Shown here piece after piece: positions 62,635 to 64,000 of a DNA stretch of 64,000 nucleotides (the first letter of the stretch is position 1; each line of letters begins with the position of its first letter). The stretch lies in the NCBI GenBank assembly GCA_016218085.1, contig JACREY010000017.1, positions 86,187-150,186 on the forward strand, given 5' to 3'. The translations under genes and the position numbers were made by a program. This DNA comes from Ignavibacteriota bacterium (GTDB lineage: Bacteria > Bacteroidota > Ignavibacteria > Tepidaquicellales > Tepidaquicellaceae). The notes under the pieces are model-generated. The model did no database searches and was not told the DNA's origin. It was given only the letters and a program-made list of their open reading frames with translations.

Positions 62635-64000
62635 TTATTTAATAATCAACATTTTTCTTGCTGATATAAACTTATTATCAATACTTAAGCGGTAGATATA
62701 TGCACCTGTCGGAAGGATACCTGCGTCATAGTTTACGCTATATCTCCCTGCCGATAGATTTTCATTCACAAGCGAAGTTATTTTTTTACCGAGCATATCG
62801 AATATTTCAATCTTCACAAATCCTTTTTTGATTTTCGAGGGTAAATCGAATTTAATAGTTGTTACGGGATTGAAAGGATTTGGGTAGTTCTGGGATAAAT
62901 TAAAATCATCAGGTACTCCGTTTTCATTATTCATTACTGCTACGGGATTAGCAATCAGTTTTCTTTCCCAGATTCCGTTTCCGTGAGTCGTAGCGCGGAA
63001 TTTGCGGCTGACTTTCACTATGGTTAAATCGAATACTATTGCATAAGGCATTCCGCTCCTGTATTCATTCCAGCTTGTTCCTCCGTTTGTCGATACATAA
63101 ACTCCAAGGTCATTGCCAACATAAACATTCTGCGGATAGACCGGGTCAACTGCAACAGAGTGAGCGGGAACATCCGGCAGGTTACCGGTTATATTAATCC
63201 AGCTTTCTCCTGCATTAGTTGATTTCAGCACGTGCGCAGTTCCGAATCCGCCGAATGTAACATAGACTTCATTTGAATAGTACTGATTAACGTGAACTTT
63301 TGTCGGATACCTGTTCGGTATGGAAGTGCCGGAAATATTTGTCCAGGTAGTTCCGCCGTTAATTGTTCTGTAAACATCCGCAACAGAACTTGTATTTGTT
63401 GGAAGCACTCCTACATAAGCAGTATCCGTTCCGGTGCCGGAAACAGCAATCGAAAGAGCTTTCTGATTAGTGAAAGTAATTTGAGTCTGCCAGCTTCCGC
63501 TTGAACCGTTATTTGTCGACTTATACATAGTTGCACCGCCTGAATAAAGTACAGTCGGGTTTGAATTACATACAACGTACGGAACATTAAAGCAATAGCT
63601 TGTTGCACTACCATTACCCGGAGGACCATATCCGCTGCTCCAGCTTACACCGCCGTTTGTTGACCTGGAAATTGCTCCATACGTATATTCCGTATAGCAG
63701 ATACTTGGATTTTGCGAGTTAACCTGTGAGCAAAGACCATCTCCCTGAAAAGTTTTATACCAGGCTGTAGTTCCCTGATAAAAAGCCGAGCGGTTATCCT
63801 GCAATCCGCCTACACAAAATACAGAATCAGTACTTGAATTACCAAGGCTACCGTAAAACTGCGAAGTAACATATCCTCCGTTGCAGGAATAAAATGTTTC
63901 TCCGAAATTATCTGTTCTGTAGAGTCCGCCATCCGCTGCTATATAAATTTTATTCGGATCTTTCGGATTTGCGGCATAGAAATGAACGTCTGCGTGAACG
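62635..64000 (-). CDS. T9SS-secreted BNR/sortilin-like beta-propeller protein, 5'-partial (the ORF stays open to the window edge)
   Basis: The track starts it at a TTG at 63804. My translation upstream of that (..VHADVHFYAANPKDPNKIYIAADGGLYRTDNFGETFYSCNGG..) has no stop through position 64000 and looks like further propeller blades. C-terminal T9SS domain: SQNYPNPFNPVTTIKF..IEIFDMLGKKI..GAYIYRL. Confidence 0.75.
   Translation of the reverse strand, partial: VHADVHFYAANPKDPNKIYIAADGGLYRTDNFGETFYSCNGGYVTSQFYGSLGNSSTDSVFCVGGLQDNRSAFYQGTTAWYKTFQGDGLCSQVNSQNPSICYTEYTYGAISRSTNGGVSWSSGYGPPGNGSATSYCFNVPYVVCNSNPTVLYSGGATMYKSTNNGSSGSWQTQITFTNQKALSIAVSGTGTDTAYVGVLPTNTSSVADVYRTINGGTTWTNISGTSIPNRYPTKVHVNQYYSNEVYVTFGGFGTAHVLKSTNAGESWINITGNLPDVPAHSVAVDPVYPQNVYVGNDLGVYVSTNGGTSWNEYRSGMPYAIVFDLTIVKVSRKFRATTHGNGIWERKLIANPVAVMNNENGVPDDFNLSQNYPNPFNPVTTIKFDLPSKIKKGFVKIEIFDMLGKKITSLVNENLSAGRYSVNYDAGILPTGAYIYRLSIDNKFISARKMLIIK

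Noticed and set aside
1-64000. tRNA, rRNA, tmRNA, RNase P RNA and CRISPR arrays
   Set aside because: Scanning the intergenic regions by eye showed no T-loop (GGTTCGAATCC-like) or anticodon-arm patterns, no rRNA-like conserved blocks and no spaced direct repeats. A covariance-model scan would be needed to exclude small RNAs formally.

Overview
This is an AT-rich chromosomal segment. It looks most like an FCB-group bacterium (Ignavibacteriota/Bacteroidota-like). Supporting points: seven proteins end in a T9SS C-terminal sorting domain (QNYPNPFNP...IYD..GRE...GIYFY), there is a PorX-like receiver-PglZ regulator and a BshA-type glycosyltransferase, and TAnnTTTG-type -7 boxes are present. All family calls come from motif and architecture recognition by eye, because no searches could be run.

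I support about 62 protein genes. I found no rRNA, tRNA or CRISPR array.

Layout:
1. 1-9.9 kb: one long minus-strand operon. It runs MarR, MobA, a Psr/Phs-type molybdopterin reductase (ABC subunits), a split YeeE/YedE sulfur transporter, an atypical rhodanese, a FadL-type outer-membrane channel, a Trx-TPR protein and a guanine-deaminase-type gene.
2. 10-13 kb: envelope and redox genes (thioredoxin lipoprotein, ABC ATPase, thioesterase, BamD).
3. 13.5-20.9 kb: housekeeping (sucD with a Lys-rich tail, folB, folK, dNK, GT9, ppx, bshA).
4. 20.9-24 kb: LPS genes (OstA-like, LptC, KdsD).
5. 24-27 kb: two convergent T9SS cargo genes.
6. 27-32.4 kb: a loosely packed accessory islet. It holds an NAD-binding protein, an HTH protein, a secreted unknown, a GNAT, an HNH nuclease and a GIY-YIG gene bounded by perfect 31-bp hairpin-forming inverted repeats. 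It also has a MITE-like relic, a family of GC-rich hairpins, a G10 tract and a duplicated 44-bp promoter-like module.
7. 32.4-41 kb: housekeeping (rlmD, porX-like, tsaE, tsaB, accD, panC, panD, GlmU N-domain, GlmM-like).
8. 41-47 kb: a Q/N/K-rich repeat protein, VOC, a REP-like hairpin cluster, hutI, a PAS histidine kinase and a TlpA-like redoxin.
9. 47-49 kb: a T9SS beta-propeller protein.
10. 49.3-56.3 kb: a seven-gene lysine/DAP operon.
11. 57-64 kb: four more T9SS cargo genes. The last one is open to the window edge.

The best candidates for something undescribed are the hairpin-ended GIY-YIG unit with its gene-less relative, and the sulfur operon with its Cys-to-Ser rhodanese carrying a single C-terminal Cys and an embedded FadL-type channel.
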